Shown piece after piece: positions 26,020 to 37,880 of a stretch of 64,000 nt of DNA. The stretch comes from Phoronis australis (taxonomy: Eukaryota > Animalia > Phoronida). The notes beneath the pieces were generated by a model. The model had not been told where the DNA came from. It saw only the letters and a program-made list of their open reading frames with translations, and ran no database searches. The stretch lies in assembly GCA_002633005.1 (NCBI GenBank), contig NMRA01000607.1, positions 185,998 to 249,997 of the forward strand, given 5' to 3'. A program made the translations under genes and the position numbers. The first letter of the stretch is position 1; the number at the start of each line of letters is the position of its first letter.

Positions 26020-27995
26020 TTAGATACGTCTTTTATGTGTACACACACATCGACATGTGTGCGTGTGTGTGAGTGTCTGCGTGCGTGCGTGCGTGCTCGT
26101 AATGAATGATTGCATGAGTTGTGATGTCAACGTGCTGGCACCATTAAATTTTTGTACGGATTCGACTACTGCAGCTACCCCTAATTGCCATTTTATTCTA
26201 AATAAGGGATGTTTTGTTTGAAGGAAGAGCAGTTCCGGATGATACTTAAAGAACCGATTGTCGGTTTTCATTGAAACTTGAAACAGAGGTATGTGATGAG
26301 ATTTTCCGGCACCTTCAGATTTTCGGGCGGATTCTCCTACTGCGGCGCCTCTAGTGGCAATTTTGTGTGAGATTGTTCCCGAATGATATTTAGAGCAACG
26401 AGTGAAGGATTTCAATAAAAGTTAACCTATGCATGTAGGTTTGTGATGACATTGTGGCGGCAACATTGAATTTTCGGGTGGATTCGTCTACTGCAGCACC
26501 TCCTAGTGGCCTTTTCCTTCACAACAAGGGGATTTCAAGTTTTGTTTGGGTGATGCCCGTTTCCGGATTATATCATAGATTATTGTACTATAGTCTATGA
26601 TTATATATAGAGAACTGGGAGAAGATTTTCCATAAACCTGAAGCAGCGAAATGTGATGGAAATGCGCCAGCACCATTGATTTTTGTCCGGATTCAACGAC
26701 AGGAGCATTTCCTTGTTGTCATTTTGATTTCGACATGGGGCTTTCCATGTGTTGTTTCGATGGGCAGTGTCTGTTGGTGATATTCAGAGAAACACACTGT
26801 ACTGAGAAATGTATTGTCAAATCGCTGACACCATTTCATTTTCGTGCCAATTCGATCAATGTTGCACCTCCTAGAGGCCATTTTGAATTAGAGCATTTTC
26901 GGATGATATCTCAGTAGAGATCCAATTTGCGACGTTTAAGAAACTCGACACTCTACAACTGCAGCTCCTCCTAGTGGCCATGTTGTGTGAGATTATCCGT
27001 AAAGAATCAAGTGAAGGATTTTAATGAAGGTTGACAGAGAGGTTTATGATGTTAATGCTCTGGCTCCATTAAATTTTACGGCAGATTTCATATCTGAGGT
27101 ACAGTGTACACCCTAGTGGTCATTTGGTTCCCAACAAGAAACTTTACAGATACTGTATGGAGAAAAGCGTGCCCGTATGAAACCTAGAGAACCAATTGAC
27201 AGGTACCAATGAAATGTAACAAAAAATGAGGAGCTGTTTTGGGAAAAGCGATTCCAAATGATATCAAGAGAACTAAATGACGGATTTCACTAAAACTTGA
27301 TACAGACGTTATTAGCTCACTTGCACTATTTGATTTTCGGATGCATTCTACCACTACAGCACCTCACGGTGGTTTTTCGGGTAAGAGTATTCCCGATGGA
27401 CAGTTTCAATGAAACTTGACGCACAAGTATTTGTGATGTCAATGTGCCTTCCACATTAACATAATTTGGCGGATACGAATACTGCAGCACCTCCTAGTGA
27501 TCATTTTGTTCTGGAGGAGTTCCATGTGATGTTTGGGGTAGAATGATTTTGCATGATGTCAAAAACTGATTGAACGATGTCAAGAAAACTTGACACGAAC
27601 ACAAATGACTTCAATGCACCACACCTTTCGTTTTAGAGTGAATTTGTTTACATTGTTTCGTGGCAATTGACTTATAAAGTGTTTTTGTGGGAAAAATGTT
27701 TATGGATGATATCTAGAGAACCATCGACGTATTCCAATGAAACTTCACTATTAGTGGTATATGATGACCCTGTGCTGACACCGTTTTCTTCTCTACGAGG
27801 TGTTTTTCAAGAGTATTTAGGGAAAGAGCGTACAGTGGTTTTTGATAAAACGTGCTTCAGAGGTGTATGATAATGCGCCACCACCATTTGATTTTCTTGC
27901 TGATTTGACTACTGTAGCACCTCCTAGTGACCCTTACAAATATATGCAGTGTACATGTAGTACGCGAGGCATCATTAGGCGCATTCTGCGCTAAA
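26020..27995 (+). repeat. Degenerate tandem array inside a Helentron/HINE-like element
   Basis: Begins with a (GT/GCGT)n tract. About 9 recurring ACTGCAGCACCTCCTAGTGGCC motifs alternate with TTCAATGAAACTTG. Ends in a small GCGCA-TTC-TGCGC hairpin. Confidence 0.65.
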
Positions 27996-30162
27996 ATCCC
28001 CTTCAGCATTTACTAAAGAGAAAGTATAAAAGTTACGTGCCCTCACCTGGTTTGTTCTTTTCACATAAAAATATCGCTTCCTTGACACACTCGACTATTT
28101 CATGATCGCAAGAGAGGCTTGTGCACACGAGTTTTTGACAACTTGTTGATACTTGCACCAGATCATGGAATTGTTTGTTTGCGGGAGTCATCCAATCGGG
28201 AACATCTTGCTCTACGATTTTGCTCAGCCAAATCGAGATGATCTGAATGGGAGTCCTGCTCAAATGAAAAAAAATACTCGTGGATATTCAACAGTTTTTT
28301 GAACCATTCTTCTGGCAGAGAATGAACTCCATAGCTCTAGTAGGGCAACATGACATAACAAAATCAAGAAACGTAAAATTAGGCCTGATCCATTGGCAGG
28401 CCTCTGCTAATTAAGTTAGCATCACACGTTTAACTGGTCAATTTTCAAAATTTATGGACATAGAGTTTCCAAGAACTAGCCTTCAGGGAATTCTCGAGCG
28501 AGAAATGGACTGCTAACGTAACTGGTTCTTGGGAGTTATAAAAACTCATGGAGTAACCTAAATTAAAAAATACATGCAACATTTGTTTTCCTTGTCAAGT
28601 TTCTTAGACATGTAACTGGGAACTCAGTATGATTTACGACTACGCTGCCGTGAGAGGACACAGTTTCAGAAAAAAAAACACTCGCCAGAAAACGAAAGTC
28701 CCAAAATGGCGTCAACTTTGACTGTTAATGGTACATTTGATTAGCAGTTACGACAACGGAAATCAAGAAAGTAACTTTCAAAAGCTTAGGCCCTAGACAG
28801 TTAATGGATTACGACTATAAACTCCAGTTCGATAGTACGTGACCTTTACCTGCCATCCGTCTTCATCATCCAATCCTTGACCGTGACCACTTCCTCATCG
28901 TCGTTCAGAAATAATAAGTGACTGTTATGCATATTGCAGTGAGCTACAGCTTCTGTATAAGAAAATGTCATCTCAAACAGTTTGTAGCAACTGAACTGTG
29001 TCGAATGCCATCCAACAGGGCACGAATCACCTGTAAAAGAGTATTCAATGTCGATATTTGATCTCCGAATTCCAACTGAAACCCCATGATGTCGTTTTTT
29101 GTTTTATTAAGTGCCCACGATTGCGTTGTGTGAAGACACATTTCCAGTGTAAGTTTGTCGTTAATGACAAATTTGACAGAGTAACAAACTCGACTTATCA
29201 TGTCACTCAGTCCCTGGGTAGTGCGACCGTCGAGTTCGGAGAGCAACCTCCCGCATCCCGGTGTTTTTAGGTTCGCCAAAGGACCAGGGTAGAGATCAAT
29301 AACTTTCTAGAAAAGCAAAACTTGCCGGGATTACGCGAGATGTTACTGTGTATTTTAAAAGAGAGCAGTTGATTTTGGATAGATTTTCTCGCCTCGAAAC
29401 AGCTACGGAATTCCACCCTGGTGAGGCCCCCTTATTTAATTTGGAAGACCCCGTTCGTCGGCCGCCATCCTGCGGAGCTACCTAATATAGGGGCCCCGCC
29501 GGGAAGGGCCCGACGAGCAAGAATTCACATGCAAATATTCACGTCATTTCTTCTTCGCGTTATGGAACCCCAGCACGATTGAAAGTTGATGAAAATGCGT
29601 CAGAGCCGCCATTTTAAAAACATCTTCTACTTACACTCGATAATAGTTATCTACAAAAAAGCTATCTCAAGAAAAATTGCGAAACAGTTGGGCTTACAAT
29701 GCGCCCTCAACAACACAAAACGTTTTCGTCCCGAAATCGAGGTGCCCATGCGCAACGGCCGATATTTCCGCTATATTTGACAGTGGTAGACGTCTGTAAT
29801 TTGAATTTCATCTTAGCTCATTCCATTTACATGAAAGTTTTAATTGAATCAAACATTGCTAAGTTATTAGTTTAAGTCCTTTACTTAATAAAATTCCTCC
29901 GCACCACTCAACGGTAGGAGACTCCAAAAATGCAGAATAGCCCATAAAAGAGGTGGTTTGCGGTTTTAAAATACCACAATTGACCAATAGCAGAGTTGCA
30001 ACCGAATCGATTTAACGATTGCGCATGTCCGGAAATTAGGGTGCGCAAAGCTTTTTGGGATTGATGAACGTACATGTGGAATCACAGGCGCCCGAATTTC
30101 CCGATAACTCATAATTACATTTCTTAGTAACGAATGTTTGCCAGAATGAACAAAAGGGATAC

Positions 30163-30319
30163 CAGTGGCGGATTTAGATGGGGAGGCAAGGGGGCCATGC
30201 CCCCCCCTAAAATTCTCCCAGATTCCGTTTGGCAGTTTGGGGGTGCTAATGTCTGACAGGCAAAATCCTGGCTAATAGTCTACCCTGCCCTCCGACTCAA
30301 AACCCTGGATCCGCCCCTG
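30163..30319. mobile_element. Short MITE
   Basis: CAGTGGCGGATTTAG ... CTGGATCCGCCCCTG inverted ends with an internal GGGGGCCATGCCCCCC hairpin. Confidence 0.6.
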
Positions 30320-31711
30320 GATACCCTGAAAATTCCCTTTTTATATACAAATCTCAAACCCATTTCCTTGAACTCTACACACATCACGCTAACCAATCTC
30401 CACACACCGACTGGCATTAACGAGATCGTATTTGGAGACTGGAGGCCCAGCCACAGAATCGTGTCCATGCTTGGTTGATATGTTTAGCAAAATGGACCTG
30501 CTCAACGATGACTAATGGAAGACAATATATGTCTCAGCACTACTCGGAGAGTAAAAACAATTGGGTGGTGCAACGACAAAGATTCTGAAAAAAGAGAAAT
30601 TTAAAATAATTCAAGGAATAAATGCTTGGTTAATGGTAACATGCGATATAGTGAGCCACTTGTTGTTATATCGCTGACAAGGCAGAGTACTTTCACAAGA
30701 TTAGTGTGGTTGCTTGTTCAATTTAAACACGTGATTTAATACCGAAAATGCTTTTGAACCATTCAATAATTTGGGTGTAGTAACTGTCGTTGAAAAAAAA
30801 TAATAAAACGAAATAATCAAGTACTAGGTAATGAAATAAAATTACAACTTTGAAATTTCACTTTTATTTAACAGCAGGATTACTAGTTCTTTTGTCTTCA
30901 AAATCTGAATGCACAGTTTAAAGGCAAAATATTGGTTTTATAGTAGAAAACTCTCTTTGGGATTAGTGCTAGATTGGATGGAGATCTTGAAATGTGCCAA
31001 GAAAGTCCCAGCAAAATGTTTGGCAAATAATGTTCGACACCAGCAAAGAGAATCTAATATTTTTTGTCTCTGAATCCAGGAATAAGAGTAATAAGGTCAC
31101 GTTAAAAGTGGTGCGTGGTTTAAATTATAGAAAGCTAAAGCGGTAACATGACAGGGCACACATTTTCTATACGGGATTTGAAAACAGGTCAAACCATCAT
31201 TTTTACTCTACAAGATCAAATGTAAATACCTCGGAACTATTATTTTCGCTTAAGCAAGAGTTAAGAAGAGTCTAAACCATCATTATGCTCATTCTGCAAG
31301 ATCAAAATCAAAATTTATCAAGTCAGGGCCGAACATTTATTACATCAGGATCTATAAGGACTGAAAATTTTACACCTCAGAACCCAGCACGTCAGAAACT
31401 TGTTCACGACAGGAGATCACGTGGCGTCACATCCACAAGCGTTGACCCTTCAAAGGCGTAACATCGGACATCGGTACTAGATACAAAAGTCTACTAAGCG
31501 TTCAACAATGTCTCACCAACGAGTCATGTTATTGTGACAATGAGGTTGATGGGATGATAAATTCTGGTTTTCAGTTGTTTTTTTTGGTTCAGAAGAGGTT
31601 TTAATTCTTGAATAGAAAATATGAGTTGGATTTTTCCGCTCTGACGTTCCATACTAAATCAACATTTCGATACTTTTAAGGAACGCGAGTTCATGGCCAC
31701 TTTAAACTTAC

Positions 31712-31990
31712 CACTTGCACATCCGAATTCCAAATGTTCAGTATCTGCAGACTCAACCAGGGGACTGTTGCTTAAGTTCGGGTCTGACAGTGAAATCGAT
31801 ATAAATATACATAATTCTAGTTTGCTAACGTAGTCGGCCGACATGCACACGGAGTCGAGCATACACCTACGAGCACACTGCAGATGTGTTGTGATTTGTC
31901 CGAAGATGCCTGCCTCATAGCTGCGGGAAATGGACCGGCCTTCTGCAGTGACAATTTGAAGCTGCTGACCCACCGAAGTGTTGCACAATT
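31712..31990 (-). CDS. Exon 2, PAN/Apple-like domain
   Basis: Pyrimidine tract plus CAG acceptor and GTAAG donor; 279 nt, phase 1-1. Encodes ...HLQCARRCMLDSVCMSADYVSKLELC..., the CxxxC-x5-C-S-x-x-Y...C PAN pattern. Confidence 0.85.
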
Positions 31991-32199
31991 CTGAAAAACA
32001 AAAAAAAAACGTTTTATTTACAAAATCATAAGCATAACAGCACCTTAAAAATTCTTAATTTGGAGATAAATGGAATTTTTTCTGACATGAGGTAGGCATT
32101 CGAGGAAACTTCCCTTTCACTTATGTTGGATAGTGATGAATTAGGTATATTTGGAAGTTCAGCTCGCGAAGCCTAGGAATGAGTAAAAATTCAAGATCA

Positions 32200-32311
32200 A
32201 AGTGTATCCCTGCTGACCCAATGGTGTAGAAGACGAGTATCATTTCCTTCTGAGCTGTGATAAATATTCTAAGACGAGTATCATTTCCTTCTGAGCTGTG
32301 ATAAATATTCT
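32200..32311 (+). mobile_element. LINE 3' fragment (C-terminal zinc knuckle) with 41-bp tandem duplication
   Basis: Translates ...PNGVEDEYHFLLSCDKYS; unit 32230-32270 is repeated at 32271-32311. Confidence 0.7.
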
Positions 32312-32425
32312 ACATTTTGAGAAATTATATTGAACGCGATACCTCGATTGTTAAGGTGTATCAAACTTCAGAAACGTCACTCGTATAATTTAGTTCCAAA
32401 GCTTTACAAAATCACGAAACCTTAC

Positions 32426-32540
32426 CTTTGTCGACAAAGTAATCAACGCGCTCCACGTTGAAGCCATTTGTGTAGACAACCACACTCAGGAGAGCGAGGG
32501 TTAAGAAGGAGTGATGGAAAACACATCCAGCCGACGGCAT
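32426..32540 (-). CDS. Exon 1 of secreted PAN-F5/8C-TSP1 gene (signal peptide)
   Basis: ATG at 32540 reads MPSAGCVFHHSFLTLALLSVVVYTNGFNVERVDYFVDK, which has a hydrophobic signal-peptide core. Ends at a G|GTAAG donor, phase 1, matching the next exon. Confidence 0.8.
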
Positions 32541-34043
32541 GTTGTCTTCCCAACTTAGTTGGTTGATGGAATGACGACGGTCGTGTTAGAGTGTCATTAA
32601 TAAGTGATGTAACCAATTATCAAAATAACCTAATCAGTCTAATAGTCAGAATAAATTACAATAAATAATTAAAAAGCGTGAAATGTTTTCATTTCCGTCG
32701 CGTTTTCAGGACAGTTCTCAATTTTGGCAGAGGATGTTGCTCTTACGTAACACTTTGGTGAACGGGTGATGACCGACTTGCGCTCGAACGTTAGAGGATA
32801 CGTTTCGACAGCCTACGCGTACGTTAGCCGCCGTCCTCGTCGGTCCTCTAGACGTACGGTGTCACCCTTTCGAGAAACCATAATACACTTTATCGCTATA
32901 TTGAACTTGCTGCTAATGGCAAAAAAGAGAAAACATATTTAGCAATGTCTGGGTTATTATAACGATAACTGATCCTGTGGTGAACTCACAAGACAAATAT
33001 TGTCACATACGAATTATATATTGTCCCGAGAGCGCCGTGAGTGTGTGTCTTTTAGGCTCCTTTTTCTACGTGTGACTAAGTGAGGGTACTCCCGCCTTCT
33101 GGGTGGAACTAGTCTAGAATTCAGGCCCTGTTAGCATTTGAGTGTGGTGTAAATCTCGAAAACGAGGCCATTGGGTCGGACTTTACGACGTGCGATTGCA
33201 TGAGGTTATTTTTGAATATTAACCTTTATGAATACGAAAACAGAGTGCACGGATGCGATGTTACCAATACAAGGTTTCGACTGAGCTTGAACTACATGTG
33301 AGTAATGGTTACTTAAACTTGTAAAAGTGTGGTTTTACACTGGCCTCAATTTACGATGGCTGAGTTGACAGCTCTCACCAAGGCGTGAAAATACAACAGG
33401 TGACTAAAATGCACTGTCGCTGTTGACATTCAATTGCTACTGGAACAGGAACTGGAAACTCACTTGTAGCTCGCTTGAGTTCGTGGATATCCGTGTGTGC
33501 TGGCCATAACGATGTATTGGAGAAACGCTTCACGGGTCTCCAAACTGCCACTCCTAGACTGTGTCATTTGTACCACGTGCTGTTTTATAAACATAACAAG
33601 GGCGTCACAGTTTTATTCCGTGATTTAAAAAAATGTGAGAAACTATGCTTGATTATTCACAAAAATCTTATAAGAAATATTGTTTCCCAAATGACAGACT
33701 TAGCAGAAGAACTACTTTAATTGGAAGGAATAATGACAATGTGCTACGTTCCATAAAACAGGGCATTCGCCTGACACTTGCGGCAAAAAATCTTCTCTTA
33801 TGGCACGGAAACCGTGAATTATCCCCCATGTTCCAAAATTTCAGCATCTTCCGGTCGACAAATCGCTATCGAGAACATGACGAGGACAGGAAATGCGTCC
33901 CCAGCTACTCAAGTATAAGTTGCGAACTATCCATTCTTAGGTCAGGACAAGGGATTTATCAGACACGCACGCAAAATACTGCAGTGCTTTCCAGAAGAAT
34001 TTTCGTCAGCCTACCATGCTGTGAACATTCCCACTAAGTAAGT

Positions 34044-34108
34044 GGTGCTACTAGTTATTTGCAGCGCCAAAGTACGGTACTTTGGCGCTGCAAATAACTA
34101 GTAGCACC
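34044..34108. repeat. Perfect palindrome, 32-bp arms, 1-nt spacer
   Basis: GGTGCTACTAGTTATTTGCAGCGCCAAAGTAC-G-GTACTTTGGCGCTGCAAATAACTAGTAGCACC. Confidence 0.95.
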
Positions 34109-34599
34109 GTCATTTCTGTCTGTGTGACTGGACTAAATACTTCACGTGCCAACCGATCGCCAGTGGTCAGTCTGCTGTTCGGAGATCTTGGGGTCGATTC
34201 CAAGGTCAGGACATCCAATTTATTGAGACTTGCAAATGAAGCTAATTTATTTAGGCGAAAAATTAATTGTGTCTGTCATCATTTTATAATGGACTTTCAA
34301 GATTATATACATGTACGTGGACTGTTAACACACGTAAATTAAGTTCATTGGACATGGTTCCCCTCGGAGGTTAAATTAAGGCATGCGTGGAAGTTCAAAT
34401 TTCTATCATACGTCCTGTCATTATTAAGACTTGCCATATGACGGAAGTCATGTGCAGAGAACGTTGACATCCGATAGAAACGTTGAGGCTACGAATATAC
34501 CCATTGCATGTTCAGCATCACTCTAAGCACACCCGTGCAGTAAAGACAATGAACGGTTGAGCTTTTTGACTTGATTGATCCAATGAGCTAGATGCAAAA

Positions 34600-35035
34600 G
34601 ATCGGTTGGCTGGACTTCAAAACCAAATGACCGGGTGATCAAACGTGTAAGGACTTCCAAAATGCGACGGCCTCACCAAAATCTATTTGGCTGGACCAAA
34701 AACAACCTGTTGTCCGGTGATCAAGCGCGACAGCCGGACTTCAGCCTCTTTGAATGTCTCGAATCATTCAAGTGACATCTAGCGTTATTTTTCGTGCCGT
34801 TTGTATTGTTCAAATCGGCAATTTGTTCGGCCATTGTGTTTGAGCACCAGCCCACCCGTTTTAGGTCTAGCCAACCAGTTTTTTGAGTGCAGCCATCTCC
34901 CGGTTTTGAGATACCGGTCATCGGGTTTTGAGGTCCGACCACCAAGTTATAACTGCGATCATTGGGTTTTGCAGTCCAACAACATTGTTTTGAGGTGCGA
35001 ACAAGGCCTACATGGTTTTGAAGTCAGACCAATTG
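34600..35035. mobile_element. Decayed TIR element with subterminal repeats
   Basis: GGTTGGCTGGACTTCAAAACCA at the left and TGGTTTTGAAGTCAGACCAA at the right; repeated TTTTGAGGT-like units. Confidence 0.5.
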
Positions 35036-35211
35036 TTGGTTCCCTTCCACTTGAAATTGTCGCAGTTTGACGATTACGACAATGTGCATTTGCAACGTTC
35101 CGTGGTGTAGCAGATCACGCTCTCACAGATGCAAGTTACCGTTGAGAAGACGATAGGAGAGATTTCTGCAAATAAGTACTTTGCTTTGGCAATTAAGCTT
35201 CCAGCCCATAT

Positions 35212-36579
35212 AGACCTATGAATTCACGCCGACAGGAGGCGCGTTCCAAAACGAGGCTCGATACGATAGCTGTGTTGGCTTATCGGCATAGTTGTATTCC
35301 GCGTTGCTCGAACGACTAGAAAAAATACAGACACTCAACTGCCTGTTTTGCAATCCCCCAGGACGTTGAAATTCGGAAGCGTTGGGTCGTTGTCAACGTC
35401 GCGACGAAAGAAAATATGTCCGTGTAAAATCTATAAATGTTTTCGAAAAGTTAGATCAGATTTTGTCGCATCTCGGCCAGCCAGGGTTGTGTTTTCATGA
35501 CTACGGGTTGAAACATGATGCATTTTCTTCCCGAAAAGGACAGGGCCCTCAATCCCTCGATATTGGGGCCGAATATCTGCTCTATTCCCCTCTCAAAAAT
35601 GTAGAAAAATAACGCGAAATTGTCCCCGGGCCCACGAGGCCAAAAAATTCCCGTATTGATTGAAAATTTCTATCCGAATTCAAGCGGCCTCTAACCACAC
35701 AGGTGACAATTTGAAAGAGCCCAAAAGGCTACTTGAGATAGAGCCTACGAGAGCTTGCAACAGGGCGGGTGTGCTATTGATTGTGGTTGGGAGGTACTAG
35801 ATTTTTCCCTCACTCGGCGAAAAATTGAGCTCTGAAACGAGGTTTTGCTTTGGACGAACGTATTAGGTGTTTTAATTTTAAAATTCAACTTGGTCCAGAT
35901 TGATATTTGAAACCTATCTCATGAAATAGAGGTAAGAATTATTAAAACCAAGAAAGCAGAATAGATGGTCAAATGCATGAATTCTATTTTCAATTACGAG
36001 TCTGGTTTTTTATTTTAATAAAAATGTATTTCATATCATCAATTACTTTTCATATCAATGACAAATCAACTGTTAGTCCCGGTAGTCCCTACCTCACCAG
36101 GACCTAGGCTATGCTTGTTGTTAATATTCTTGATCAGATGTGAATAATTGCACATGACCATAGCAAAATGCGATGAGTGGATTATATGTTCAACACGTCA
36201 ACAATACGAGCAGATGACATGATTCGTGTTGATAACATTTTTATCCATAACTTATTAGAAGATACGTAACCCTGCATTCAGCATGATACCTAATCCGTAA
36301 CACTATGATCGCCACAATCATATTAAATTTACTTTTCATGTTTCGAACCTAGTTTCCGAAAAAAATTATTTACCCTTTCGTCAGACAACTCACTGACTTG
36401 TCCTTTAATGTATTTTTCTACATCTCTGTGGTTAATTATCGGCATATTTATAAGATTTAATATCCAGGTTGGACTCGAAAGACGGGCCATTTAACTCACG
36501 CAATGTCAACTTCAGCTTTGTTTATCGCAGCGAGCCTCGCTTTGTATTTTAATGTCCGCCGCCGGCGTGAATTAGGTCT
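35212..36579 (+). mobile_element. Decayed THAP-encoding DNA transposon (ISL2EU/Harbinger-like)
   Basis: Inverted ends AGACCTA..ATTCACGCCG flanked by AT. THAP remnant at about 35278-35415 (SCIPRCSND*...FAIPQDVEIRKRWVV..RRDE) contains a stop and a frameshift. Confidence 0.6.
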
Positions 36580-36914
36580 ATACACAAACATCAAATAACT
36601 TAACATGCATAAATATAAACACAGGTTGTCCAGTATTGGGTGAGTTATTCCACCGCAAGTCAAGAAGTTATGGAGCTAGAACATTTCAAAGAGAGACCGC
36701 CGAAGTCACGATTAACAGTCAAGTTACTTGTATAGGCCTACGTCCTTTTGTGTATCTTCGCTTTTTCGCAGGCTGTTTTTTCGAGTAAATTCCGTAAAAT
36801 TTGGGAGATGAAAAATTACTCAGTGTGTGCGTTCTTATGACAATTTTTGCGTAAAATATTCCGGAACTTATGTTGCAACTGTGAACCTGGATTTTTCAAT
36901 TGGAGTTTGGAACT

Positions 36915-37880
36915 TTATTGGAACCAAACAAAGTACTGCCATCGGATAATGTCGGCGACAGCGTTATAGTACGGCTTTACAAAATGCACTGCATCCGGTT
37001 TCAGGTTTGTCTGTAGAGGTAAATATAGATAAGTACGAGTGAAATTATTAGATGTCATATGCCAAGCGTTGATGGTTGCAATTCTCGGCTTCTTGGCAAA
37101 CAGATTTAAAGCAACGTTATTGAATTCCTTTATTCGCCAGTTTCTCGTCAAATTAAATCTGACCGGAACTCTGCTTTCCTCGACGGCGGCAATATAAACA
37201 AACATGAAATTAGTTGCCGGAAACGCTACTTCAATCAATTCCGTAAACCATTTCAGATTACGCTCGTATACCTCCGCTTTCCCTAACGTGACGTCATGAA
37301 TGCCGATATTGTAAATCAGTACGTCCGGTTGGCCGATTTCCTTGATGTAATGAACAATGTTTTCTTGTGATGTCTTGTACAGGGTGGACTGTGATATAAC
37401 GTCCCTAGCAAAATCCATGGGTATGTACTCGAAAGACCAGTTAGTTCCCCAGCAGACGTCAAGGGCTCCCACACACCCAAAACAATCCATGCAACGAGGA
37501 TTCTTGGCTCCAAACGCAGTCGGTCCTTCTTGCCCTTTGACTGGTGGATGCCACTCGGTGGAGTCTTTAAGCCCGAGATACTTATTCAAAGAACAACGGT
37601 CCATTTCCCGTCCTATGGGGTGTCCTCTGCAATTCAGGTCGTTTCGCAGAGCGTCAGCTAAGCGATTTGTCTGGGAATCGCCAATTATAACAATCCGTCT
37701 CTTTTGAGGAACTTTCATCAATTCAAGAAGGTCACTGTGGCTAGGTATGACCAATTTGCACGCTTTCGGACGCCAGGATAGTCGTGCGTTATCTTTAGTC
37801 CAATATCCACTTGACGTTGCATCAAAAACGGAAGAGCATCCGTAATTCTGGCTTCGTCCATTGTCAAAGAATCGTTGATT
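36915..37880 (-). CDS. Terminal exon of SGNH-fold PC-esterase-family protein (TBL/NXPE/CASD1-like acylesterase/acyltransferase domain)
   Basis: TTTCAG acceptor, with the exon starting at 37880, extends the 279-aa ORF in frame: ...GCSSVFDATSSGYWTKDNARLSWRPKACKL. Followed by IIGDSQ (catalytic Ser), YNIGIHD and DAVH (DxxH). Upstream exon(s) unresolved. Confidence 0.85.
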   Translation of the reverse strand, partial: NQRFFDNGRSQNYGCSSVFDATSSGYWTKDNARLSWRPKACKLVIPSHSDLLELMKVPQKRRIVIIGDSQTNRLADALRNDLNCRGHPIGREMDRCSLNKYLGLKDSTEWHPPVKGQEGPTAFGAKNPRCMDCFGCVGALDVCWGTNWSFEYIPMDFARDVISQSTLYKTSQENIVHYIKEIGQPDVLIYNIGIHDVTLGKAEVYERNLKWFTELIEVAFPATNFMFVYIAAVEESRVPVRFNLTRNWRIKEFNNVALNLFAKKPRIATINAWHMTSNNFTRTYLYLPLQTNLKPDAVHFVKPYYNAVADIIRWQYFVWFQ

